Shown: positions 26,241 to 37,306 of the stretch, in pieces | Layout: each line of letters starts with the position of its first letter | Numbering within the stretch: the first letter of the stretch is position 1 | Assembly (NCBI RefSeq): GCF_963921235.1 | Contig: NC_086108.1 | Span: 41,666,001 to 41,730,000, forward strand | Direction: 5' to 3' | Length of the DNA stretch: 64,000 nt | Source: Mobula hypostoma | Lineage: Eukaryota | Translations under genes and position numbers: made by a program | Notes under the pieces: model-generated | The model's input: the letters and a program-made list of their open reading frames with translations, nothing else | Database searches by the model: none | Told to the model about the DNA's origin: nothing

Positions 26241-28799
26241 ACTATTATTGGAGATGTCCTGAAGAAATTTACTGTACTAATTCCGGAAATTGGAGGCTTG
26301 TCATTCCATGAATGACTTCCAGAACTGGATTTGTAGTCTTTAAAATTTAGAAGAATGAAGAATGATCTTGTTCAACCATATGAGAACTTACAAGGGTATG
26401 ACAGAAGTTAAAAAGTTTCTACCAGTCAGAAAGTTTTAATGAAGGGACAGCCTTTCAAATCAGAGGGTCCAAAGAAATTTCTTGTCGAGTGCGGGTGTCT
26501 CTGATGTTTATTGCAGGCTAGGCCACTGCAGCTACTTAAAGATAGATTTTTTTTAAAAGCTCATCTAACTGAGGGTTATGTGGAAAATGCAGAGGAGTTA
26601 AACCCTGGAGCAATTCAACTGAACGCTGCAGCAGGCTCGAAGGAGCAGACAGGTTAATTCTACTCTAATTTCATCAAATTCGAACTTGGAGGGGGAACCT
26701 TAAATCCACCTGGCTGCAATGTAAATTAAATCCAAATTGCTGCCTGCTGCTCTTTAGATGGTATGAATTCAAATATTATCAGGTCTACATTTAACATAGC
26801 CTAGAGTTAGCAAGGATACTTGGTCATAGATGAATCATTAATTTTTTTTTTGTCAGTGGATGAAAGAGAAGCAGTTTCAATGTAATGAAAACAGCTTTAA
26901 ACAGTGAAGGCAGTTGAGGTGGTTTGTGACTGGAGATGATGGTTGTCACATTGAAACTTTCACGTTTCAATCTACTGACTAAAAGAACCTTTATGATTCA
27001 TCTACAGATTGTAAAATGACAAAGCAGTTAATTTGTAAAGTATTATTCCACTCAGCATCATAAAGAATTTGTTTTCATTATGGCTATAAGGTAAAAGAAA
27101 CTTTGCTACATTCATCTAGAATTACCTAAACATAGAGGAACTTCCTATTTTGTTACACAAACATGATTTAGTTACTTTAATGTTGGTTAAATTCTGAGCA
27201 AAAACTCTGTCTTACAATATTTCTGGCCTCTAAGGTGAATTTACAACAGTCAAGCAGAAGGAATCCCCGGGGAATTCTCAGTGATATTTGTTCTGCCTTG
27301 AGTGTGTTTATATAAATTATTACCACTTCCCAGTTCTGATTTGGAAAGGCTAATGATATAATCTGTCGGTAAATATATATATATATAACTATATATTTAA
27401 CTTTAACATTGTAATAAGTGGAATGTTCAATCTCTGCTGGTGGTAAATGATGAGAGTGATAAACAATAATCTGTGACTTCATGGGGAATTAAATATAAGA
27501 ACAGATTTTCAATGGCTGCTAGTTTCCAGCCAAGTTACAAAAAAAAATTTGCTTTGTGGGATGGGGCAACAAGCTCCATAATGGATGTACAAAAGATGCA
27601 AAGGATGTATTGTGCACAGATATTGTTTCAGTCGGAGGCATTGTTCTGTATTCCAGTCATTTTGTGAGCCACCATAAATTGTGCACACTTTCCTTGTAAG
27701 CAGTCAATTCAGCTTGGCATACTAAACTGCATAATGCCTATTCTTGTTTCACGCACCTTCGGTCCATCTACCATAGGCTTCTTATTAGTGTCAAATAAAC
27801 TGTACGTGATAGTAATGGGCTAGGGAAAGAGAGAAAGGCAGAGAGAGATGTAGGAGTAATGGGAGAGAGAAAGAAGACTGGCTGGAAATCAAAGATGGGG
27901 CAGAGGGGATGGGAAAGAAAGGTGGGAAGAGATAGAGAGCTATCCTGGATATCTCATTCGATCATTCTCTCTCTCACTCTCTGTCTCATTTTTTTACTCC
28001 TCCCCCAGCCCTTCATCTCTTTTAGTTGGCAAAGAGCCATCATGGTGGTTGGTAATGGTTTGCTGAATCCAAGGCCACCTCAGGCATATCACTTATTATT
28101 GAAAGTAAAACTGCATACATGCTTGAATTACTATTCTTTTCAAGGACTACATTCTATTTATTGCTCCAATTAGTTTTAAAATTATATTGAACTTCCTGAA
28201 TGAAATGGCATGGTAACACTTTCCTGGAAGCCTGCATGCTTCAGGACCAAAGAGTTAAATCCGATGCAGCCAAATGATTTAATTAAGCATTCTTCAATAA
28301 AGTATCTGAGAAAGTAATCCAGCACTGGAATTACTTTCTACAAATATTTATAGTATTTCATTCAGAATTAACTAATTACAACAATTGAACTTGTCAAGAA
28401 AGGCTAAATATTCACTCACAACTCATTATATTTCTCGGTGTTTTATCATACAGCATAATGCATTATTCTCTACAATGTTTGAGCTCAACAGAAATTTTAA
28501 TCGTTCATATTTAAATATATTCTAACCAACTATTCAATAACTGTGTAAGACTCAATTAACAATTAAAATATTGTATAATTGAAATAGCAAGTGAAGGGAG
28601 AGCGAACAGGAGAAAAAAAACATACATTGCCTTTCCATCTCTAGCTACCTCTAACAGTCTCTTCTATCCGTGTGTGGTGGTGACAATCCACTGCAGCATC
28701 AATCTAGAGATGGTATCCATCCTTTCCATTTTCTCATACTATACATTAATATCAGCAGCAGAATAGAATTTCACAACACTATGAATCCTTATTGCCCAG

Positions 28800-29545
28800 A
28801 ATATCTCTTCTTCCTCAGGAGCAGGTGGAGATTCAACATGACATCTAAAAGTTGGACGAACTTCTATAGATGTGTGGTGGAGAGCCTACTGACTGGCTGC
28901 ATCACCAGTGAATGGAAAATCCTACAAAAAGTAGTAGCTATGGCCCAGTCTATCATGGGTAAACCTCTCCCAGCCATTGAGTACATCTACATGAAATGCT
29001 GTTGCAGGAAAGCAGCATCCATCATCAAGGACCCCCACCACCCAGGTCATGCTCTCACCTTGTTGCTGCCATCAGGAAGGTTGTATAGGGCTTCCAACAC
29101 CAGATTCAGGAGTAGTCACGACCCCTCAACCATCAGGCTTTAGAACCAAAGTAAATAACTTCACATGCCCCATCATTGAAATGTTCCCACAACCAATGGA
29201 CTCAAATTCAAGGACTCTTCATCTCATGTTCTCGATATTTATTGCTTGCTTCTTTATTTAATTATTATTGTTTCTTCTTTTTGTATTTGCACAGTTTGTT
29301 GTCTTCTGCACTCTGGTTGAACACTTCAGTTTGATGGTGTTTTATTGATTCTGTTATAGTTATTATTCTATATTCGAGATATTATTCAATTGCAGTAGGC
29401 AGTTTAAATGGTTCAGCATGGACTATAGATGGGCTGTACTTTCCATTAATGACTCTATAGTGAGTATGCCCACAAGAAAATTAATTTCAGGGCTGTATAT
29501 GGTGACATATATGCACTTGGATGATAAAATTTTACTTTGAACTTT
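28800..29545 (+). mobile_element. Rex1/Babar-type LINE 3' fragment
   Basis: ORF 28670-29143 contains NFYRCVVESLLTGCIT...CCRKAASIIKDPHHPGHAL..LLPSGR. Ends ataaaattttactttgaacttt. Confidence 0.8.
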
Positions 29546-30089
29546 ACCTCCTGCACTCCTGTCATCATTTCCTGTTGAGTCAGGAAAGTTGAAGGCATCC
29601 CAGAAACATATCATGTTGCCAAAAATGAGGTTCAAAACTGGTCAAGCTGCAACAGGACCACACATGTTACAGATAGGATAAATACTCAGATCAAAGCTCT
29701 GCAGTCTTCTTACATCCAATCAGAAACTGCGGCAAACAGTTAAACATTTAAAAGAAATGTCTTTGAAACACCCTCCAAACAAGACATTGCCACATTAAGA
29801 ATGAAGCACTTGAGAACATTTTAAGGCAGAAGTAAGGACTGGATAAACCATTTCAGTATCCTATTGAACTCCATTAACACTGAACCATTAACCAGCCAAT
29901 TGAATTAATTCAATTTAAGTGCAGCAATTCACCAAGGCTTCTACACTAGCACTTCAAAACCTGGTATCTCTAACTCATAATACATTTCCTATATTTTCAA
30001 GTTCCTCTCCAATTCATTGCCCCCAGAAGAATCCTGGAATTCCCTGTTTTTATAAATCATAGGTGAAAGGACAGAGTAACACATACAAC

Positions 30090-30402
30090 GGGGGCCAGGG
30101 CAGCGTAGCAATTGGCACAACGCTATTACAGCTCAGGGTATTCCAGAGTTCAAAGTTCAATTCCAATGCCATTCTGTAAAGAGTCTCTCTACATCCTCCC
30201 TGTGGAATGCTTGGGTTTTTCCCCAGGTGCTCCAGTTTCCTCCCACAGTCCAAGGTCATGCTAGATGGATTGTATGTGTTACTCTGTCCTTTGCAAATTG
30301 TCCCATGATTAGGTTAAGATTAACTGGGGTTGTAGGTTTTCTAGGATGGCATGGCTCAAAGTGCCGGAATAGCCTACTCTATGCTGAATCAGTAAGTAAA
30401 TA
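30090..30402 (+). mobile_element. tRNA-derived SINE with V-domain-like core
   Basis: Box A/B-like head (ggcagcgtagcaattgg...gttcaattcc) and central GGTGCTCCAGTTTCCTCCCACAGTCCAA. Confidence 0.65.
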
Positions 30403-30404
30403 AA

Positions 30405-30612
30405 ATACAAATGCTGGAAGTACTCAGCATGTCACGCAGCATCTATGGAGAGGAATAAACAGTTGTCCCTTCATCAGGACCCGCCGAAGGGTCTTGTCCG
30501 CAAACATCAACCGTTTACTCCTTTCCGTAGATGTTACCTGACCCGCTGAGTCCCTCTAGCATTTTGTATGTGTTACTCTGGATTTCCAGCATCTGCAGAA
30601 TCTCTTGTGTTT
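30405..30612. mobile_element. Second short fold-back Penelope pLTR derivative (diverged)
   Basis: Arms ~30408-30465 and ~30508-30565 are imperfect reverse complements. The centre holds back-to-back hammerhead remnants CCTTCATCAGGAC and CCGCCGAAGGGTC...CAAACATC. Confidence 0.7.
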
Positions 30613-31604
30613 ATGATTAAAGAATATTTGATTTGCTTCATTGAATAACAAAGCACCTTTCCTGTAGATCTCATTCTTATTCTGCCCTCTTCTCATCGTT
30701 ACCATCAAAGAGGAGTTGGTTCTTGAAGACACACACTCAACACTTAAGGACCAGCTTCTTCCCCTCCACCATCAGATTTTGAATGGACAGTGAACCTATG
30801 AACACTTCCTCAGTATTTATATGTATATATATATGTATCTGATTCTGATAAATTGAGGTGAACTGAGAGGAAAAGTCCCAGATTCTAGGCAGCTTATCTA
30901 TCCTGATCATATAGCTAATGCAAATGCAGCAATTAGCCTTCACAATCTAGTAACATGGACAAAGTTGTTTCTTCTGGGCATTACCCAGTCACCTTTAATA
31001 AATACGTGGACAGCACCAAGATGAGAATTAGCCTTGGATGTGACATTCAGTCTGGGAGGCATTTCAGACAAACTTTATGGAGAAGGCCAGCAGTTTAGTA
31101 TGTAACCATTGTCACTTAAGCATCAATGCAATTTGTTCTGGATTTTTTAATTGTGTATTTATTAGGATCCCTGAAGTCCCAAACTATCAGCTTGGGAGTT
31201 TTTGGCTACGCTGTGATGTTGGACTTCAGTGGAATCCTGCATTGGGTTACTACAGAACTTATTCAGAGAAGAGTGGTAGTTACTGGCATGCTGCTGTCTG
31301 TAAAGTTTAGGTATGAATATTTGCCTTCACACTGGCACCAACAGTACTGTGGTAGTGAAAACAGAAAATGCTGGGAAACACTTGGCAGGTCAGGCTGCAT
31401 CTCTGGAGAGAAAAGCATTTTGGAGAACTGAAGCTGATATTGTCCAGAAGGTTCTTCAGAGGTCAAGAATGAGGTGAAAAATCTTACGATTACAGCCAAT
31501 TTACTATATGTTCATTATAGTACAGGTTAAACAGATTCAGCCTGTATCAGCAAGCAAGGTATTTAAAAAAGTAACAAAGGAATTTGAGTAGATACTTTCC
31601 TTTT

Positions 31605-31842
31605 GACCCGGCTGATGGCGTAGTGACATCAGCATCAGACTTCGGGACGAAAGATCCCGAGTTCGAATCCAGCCGGCTCCCCTGCATGCTTCCATCCATG
31701 CTGGATTACGAGCTGGTGATCTCTTTGGAAACTAACCTGGCAGAAGGCAATGGCAGACCATTGCTGTAACTTGCCTCATACGTGGTTCCCCACTACATCA
31801 GAGAGGCGTGGAGGGAAATCGTCTGCTAACCGGAGAAACTAA
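31605..31842 (+). mobile_element. tRNA-derived SINE
   Basis: Box A TGGCGTAGTG and box B GTTCGAATCC in a tRNA-like head. 9-bp TSD TTTCCTTTT at 31596-31604 and 31843-31851. Confidence 0.75.
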
Positions 31843-32399
31843 TTTCCTTTTATACTGCAAACTGATGTGAACATGTACTGACTGAGTTGCACCTTAGCTT
31901 TGCAGACAAAGAAACTACAGTATAGAAATAAATACACTGCAAGTTATGAAATGTTAACAAGCACTCATGCACAAACATATGACAAAGAAAGCCACATGAA
32001 AACCTACAATCTGGACCATAATGCAAAAAGATGTCAAAGCTCCAAGCTGAGGCTGAGGAAAAATTAAATAGAAAGCCATATTTATAGCTTGAAGCAGGAA
32101 GAATATATTGATTACTACTTAACAGTAAACTAAATTCCACTTGCCTTTTGATAGAGTAAAATAACAAGACGTAAGCCATTAAATAAGGAATGTGGACAAA
32201 ACATCAAAAAAGCCAGCAGTTGCAAAGTAACAAAAAGGCTACTAAACTGAGCTGTAAAAAAAAATAAATTGAGAGATAATCAGAGCTGTTTTTCAGATAA
32301 ATATTGGCCAACTCAGGATAACCAAACCAGTACAAAGGAGAAATAAAACGTTCACCCTGACATTACAAGCCGAACACTTGTAGTGGGTTGCATATTGCA

Positions 32400-33520
32400 G
32401 GAGGTGACATAGAATTTGGGCCAAAGAGATGGTAGTTGATAATTGAAGAAGTTTACATGGATTTTCAAACTATGTTCAACAAATTTCCATTGTGGGATTA
32501 ATAAGAAGGTTGTGGTTTGTAAGGCAGATGATAAGATTGCCTGGTCTCAGAACTAGCGTAACACTGAAGTAATGATAGGTGGAAAATGATGCTGTAAATT
32601 CCAGGATCTCTGTTGCTTACAATACTTATGAATATTACAGAATGGTGGTATGATTAAAATTGCTGATGAGGTGAAGCTCTGTGGGCAGATAATGAGTTGA
32701 AAGTAAATTGGCCCCAGTCTATCTAAAGATAATCAATTATGCAGATGGGCTGGGATGTAGCAGAAGATTCTTAATGCAGTCTTGAATAGAGGATAATGCA
32801 TATATGAACTGATAATCATTAATATGTAAAGGTCCTATTTTGTATTAAGTCATAGTTTGTGGAATTGAGGGAAACACAATCCTGTGAGATACAACCACAC
32901 AGCTCAGTGACTCAAGGCGAGCTGGTCTACCTGCAAGAAAATATCAAATGAAAGCAAAACATAAATCTTCACTGGCAAACTAAACACTGAAAAGTTTTCT
33001 AGTGATCACTAACATTGTGCCAATCTTTGAGAAATTATCAATAAAACATGTCGGGCATTGTGATGCACATGGGGAGCATCAAATTATGTTGAGATGAGGA
33101 TGCACGGAAAATACCAGTAGACAAAGTCTACAATCAAGCTACTCACTTCATAAAATATTGAATTATTCTAGAAAAGTTTTTAAATAACCAGGTTAATTTG
33201 AGACACTGGGTGGGGGTAGGTGTAAAAAAAAAGGAAGATTCTCTAGAGGAAAAAAATTACAGTATAGAAGGTGAGGTGAACAAGTGGCCTTTAAAATAGG
33301 GTGAGAGGGCAAAATTGCCAAACTCTCCAGTGAATACCCAAATACTCAGAATAATCTTTTAGTAAAGCAACAACATTGATAACAGTGGACAAGGTAGTTT
33401 CTGATGTTATACCACTATTTAAGGCATGGCTTAATAATTCGAGGACATGATATACTCCACACAATCAAACTCACAAGTAGGTTATGAGTGGAACAAGCCT
33501 GAAAGAATAATCAAACTTTT
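32400..33520 (+). mobile_element. Highly decayed CR1-type LINE RT region
   Basis: gtttacatggattttcaa (VYMDFQ) at 32451 and attgctgatgaggtgaagct (FADDTKL-like) at ~32659. Boundaries approximate. Confidence 0.5.
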
Positions 33521-33717
33521 ACCTCACCAAGTATCCACATACTTAGAAAATTCTGCTTCTTATTCAGGGGCTCCAGCAAGCAGACTGGCAATATTGCCAG
33601 TACTCCTGTAACCTGCAGCACTAGGAGTTTGTAGCCCTCCATCCCTTACAACTTTTAAAAGAAAAATAAAACAAGCATGATATTCATCAAATAAAAACTG
33701 GCAATAAGACTCCGATG

Positions 33718-34032
33718 TGTCAGGCCTGCACCGGCCTCCCTGTCTCCACCCAGCTAACTGGAGTCGCCTGCCACTCATTTCCAATTTGTCACCTGCAGCC
33801 TATTTAAACCCAGCTCTCATCCACAGTCCTAGCTCACCCATCGAACCAGCCCACCTCAGCTAGTTGCTCCTAGCCTTCAGTTCCCTTGTTGCCTATAGAG
33901 TATCTGTTCTCTCTTGTTCTCTGGCCCCTCATGGCTTGTTATTTTTGCAGTCTATTAATAAAGTTAGAGATCATCACCAATTCATCTCCTCTGCTGTGCT
34001 TTGGGGTCAAGCCTCTTCTACATTTCCTGACA
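33718..34032 (+). repeat. 5' LTR
   Basis: TGTCA...TGACA ends, TATTTAAA at 33801-33808, AATAAA near 33957, homologous to 36989-37306. Confidence 0.88.
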
Positions 34033-36988
34033 GGATGGTGAGCCCATGATTGATCCACCAAAATTTGCTTGCCTAAAGGAAATTGTCCGTCAACATGAGA
34101 ACACAATCCAGAAGCTGCAGGAAACCATTGACAATCTATTCACCAATCTCAACCAACTATCCATCTCATACAGCAACCAGACGGCAGCTAATCTCTTCCC
34201 TTGAAGCCCCAGATTCCGGTGCCTGAATGCTTCAATGGATCCCACATCTCCCAGTGCTTACACTATGAACTCCAGCCATCTCTGTATTCTATAGACCGGG
34301 TCAAGATTTATTCTGTCATTTCTCTCTAGACTGGGCAAGCTCTCACCTGGGCCATCTCTAACAGGGACAATAAAACCACCATTTGCAATAAAAATGAGGA
34401 ATTCAGTGCTGAGATGTGTTGAGTTTTTGACCATCTGGGACATGGAAGGGAGGCAGCAGATCAGATACATCGGCTGCATCAAGGCTTACTCTCGGTGCTG
34501 AATTACACCGCAGAACTCAGGACCCTCGTGGCAGAGTGCAACCGGAATGCAGAAGCACCACTGGAACATTACCGTCACAGCCTCTCGGAGCATTTGAAAG
34601 ATGAGCTTTCTGTCCAGGAGATGCCCACTGACCTCGAAACCCTTATTGTTCTCCGTATTGACAAGCATCTTAGGGAACAACCCTCCAAATCCCCAGCCGG
34701 AACACCAGTTCCATTCCCAGAACTATTTCAGGCTGCAGGACCACCAATCAGCAATGCCTGCAGAACTAGAACTACGCAGTTAGTGACAGCTCCCTTATTC
34801 ACACCCCCACCCCAACCCCCAGAGCATGAATGTCAGCAGAGAAGCCACTTGTGCGCTTACTATGCATCAAGTCCCCACGGCGACGGGTAATCGGCACTAC
34901 CAGGTAGAGACGAGGGGCCCTATAACTGGTAAGCTCCCCCCCTCAAGCCCCTCATTCCATCACTATAGCTAGACTCACTCTCTCTGTCCACCTCCACGCC
35001 CTGGTGGCTCTACATGCACAGGAGACTCTGCTGGATTCCAGCGCAGCAGGCAATTTTCTGGACTCTGTGTGTGCAGCTTGGAGTCCCTACTGAGCCTGTC
35101 TCTCACCCCTTCTGCATCATGGCCATTGATGGATGGATGCCCCTAGGGATACGGGATGATCAGAGCATGCACACGGCCTGTACACACCAGCATCAGCAAG
35201 CATCCCGAATCCATCACTTTGCTCCTTATCAACTCCAACACTCCTCTCATCTTGGATTAGCCCTGATCTCTACTCACGGCCCTCATTTTGACTGGTCATC
35301 CAGGTCACCGCTGAGCTGGGGGACCCACCTGCCTGCAACCTTAGCTGACTTCACCCCGTAAATCCGTGGAGATGGAGAAAACCTCTGACCTCACTAAACT
35401 CCTTCAGACGTATCATAACGTAGCCAGCACCCTGCTATTTCACAGACCACACAACTGTGATTGACCCCTCCCCAAGTCCTCTGTTCTCCCTCTCCCTTCT
35501 TGACACCCAAGCCAGGAATGACTGTATCGCTGAAGCACTACAACAAGGCCTCATTTGACCAACCCAGGCCCCAGCTGGTGCAGCATTCTTGGTCAAAAAG
35601 AAAGATGGGAGTCTCTATCCCTGCATCAACTACCATGGGCTCATCGAAATCACCATTAAGAAACGTTACTCTCTCCCCTTGATGGATAGCACATTCAAAA
35701 TAATCTCCTGGGCCCAGATCTTCACCAGACTGGATCTACGGAGTGCATAGAACCCAATCAGTATCTACCAGGCAGATGAGTGGAAAATGGTGTTTACAAC
35801 ACCCACTGGCCTCTGGGAATACTCGGCAATGTCTTTCAAAATCTCCAACTATCCTGATTTCAGATGTACATCAGTTTGACCTTCAATGTGCCCAGTCTAA
35901 TCCCTCCACCCAGCAGCCCTCTGGGCACCTGCAGTCACTGACTATGCCTGGATGCCTGGGGTCCCACATCATGGAATTCTTCACAGTTTTACCACCTCCT
36001 GATGGGGCCATGTGATCATGACAGTGGTGGACCAGTTCCAAAGCACCCACTTCATTGCGCTCTCTAACCTGCCAATGAATGGTGGACCTTATTCTTCAAA
36101 ACGCTGCCACGATTTCCCACAGGACATTTGTATCAGACCACAATGTGTCTCTCACTTCTGGAAAACCTTCTCCTCCCTCCTCTGCACCTCAGTGAGTTTG
36201 TCCTCCGGCTATCATCTACAGACCAGCAGTCAGTCAGAAAGGGCTAATCAGCAAATGGAGGGGTCTCTGTGCTGCTTCGCCACCTCCAGTCCTTCCATCT
36301 GGAAGAGGGTCTGTTTTGGGGGGCAAACTGTCCTACAATATACACACCTCTTCTGCCACCCTTCGAAGTACTTCATGGCTACCCACACCCATTGTTCCGT
36401 GCAGAGGAGACAACAGTGGAGGTCCCAACTGACTGGGTCTTGGTTCACCATTGCCAGAATGCTTGGCAGAGGGCATGGAGGGCCATACTAACTGCCAGCT
36501 ACTCCTACTACCACCTGCTGCACCTAGCTAGACCATTCCAGCCAGGAGACCGTGTCTAGCTGTACACAGGGGATCCGCCCATGCACCATTTCTGGCAGTT
36601 CTTACCCCTATTCCTTGGTCCCTTCAAGATTACCCATCAACTCAATTCAGTCACTTAACATCTCCTGCTGCCATTGATCCTCAGGATCTCACCTACCTTC
36701 CACGTGTCTTACCTCAAACCTGTTGTCCATAGACCACTCAACCCATTGAGCCTACACCTCCAGAAAGTAGGATGATGGAAGGTGGTCCTGTGTACACTGT
36801 TCACTATCTGATGAATTCACATCATGGCGAACAGTGTGTGCAGTATCTGGTTGACTAGGAAGGATGTGGCCCAGAGGAGAGGTCTTGGGTGCCATTCTGT
36901 TTCATCTTGGATCCATCATCAAGGAGTTCCACTGGATCCATCTGGATCGTCCTGGAACGTCGAGTGCCAGCTGTAGGAGAGGGCTTTC

Positions 36989-37306
36989 TATCAAGGCCTA
37001 CACAGCCAGGCATCTCGCAGTCTCCACCCAACTAACAGGAGTCACCTGCCGCTCATTTCCAACTCACAGCTGCAGCCTATTTAAACCCAGCTCACATCCT
37101 TGTTCTCCCATTGAACCAGTTAGCCTCCACCAGTTGCTCCTAGCCTTCAGGCACCTTGTTACCTGTGGTGATTAGTATCTGTTCTCTCTCATTCTGTGCC
37201 CTCCCATGGCTTATTATTTTGCAGTCTGATATTTAAGTTATCGGTCATCGCTGAACCGTCTCTGATGCTCTGCTTTTGGGTCAAACCTCTTCTACATTTC
37301 CTGACA
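36989..37306 (+). repeat. 3' LTR
   Basis: Follows the PPT. Shares ctgcagcctatttaaacccagctc and cctcttctacatttcctgaca with the 5' LTR. Confidence 0.88.

Larger units (their letters stand above)
24100..26670 (+). mobile_element. Old CR1-type LINE fragment split by a MITE, a LINE tail and a Penelope insertion
   Basis: CR1 wording before 24555 (cagagggatttgggtgttcttgcgcatgaagcacagaaa = QRDLGVLAHEAQK) resumes after 26252 (aagaaatttactgtactaattccgga). Outer boundaries approximate. Confidence 0.6.
33718..37306 (+). mobile_element. Ty3/Gypsy LTR retrotransposon, Tf1/sushi (chromovirus) type, decayed and internally deleted
   Basis: Two LTRs; gag remnant (NYTAELRTLVAEC...LSEHLKDEL); protease (ctgctggattccagcgcagcaggcaattttctggac = LLDSSAAGNFLD); RT N-half (VKKKDGSL, FTRLDLRSA); integrase (SLSSGYHLQTSSQSERANQQME); chromodomain (QYLVD*EGCGPEERSWVP); PPT AGGAGAGGG; near-TSD CGATG/CTATG. 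Confidence 0.9.

Noticed and set aside
28069..28077. NR5A consensus site CCAAGGCCA (autoregulation), with others at 30250 and 59145
   Set aside because: About four YCAAGGYCR matches are expected by chance in 64 kb on two strands, and two of these sit in repeats.
31608..31682. tRNA gene
   Set aside because: It has A/B boxes but poor cloverleaf pairing, and continues into a SINE body bounded by a TSD.
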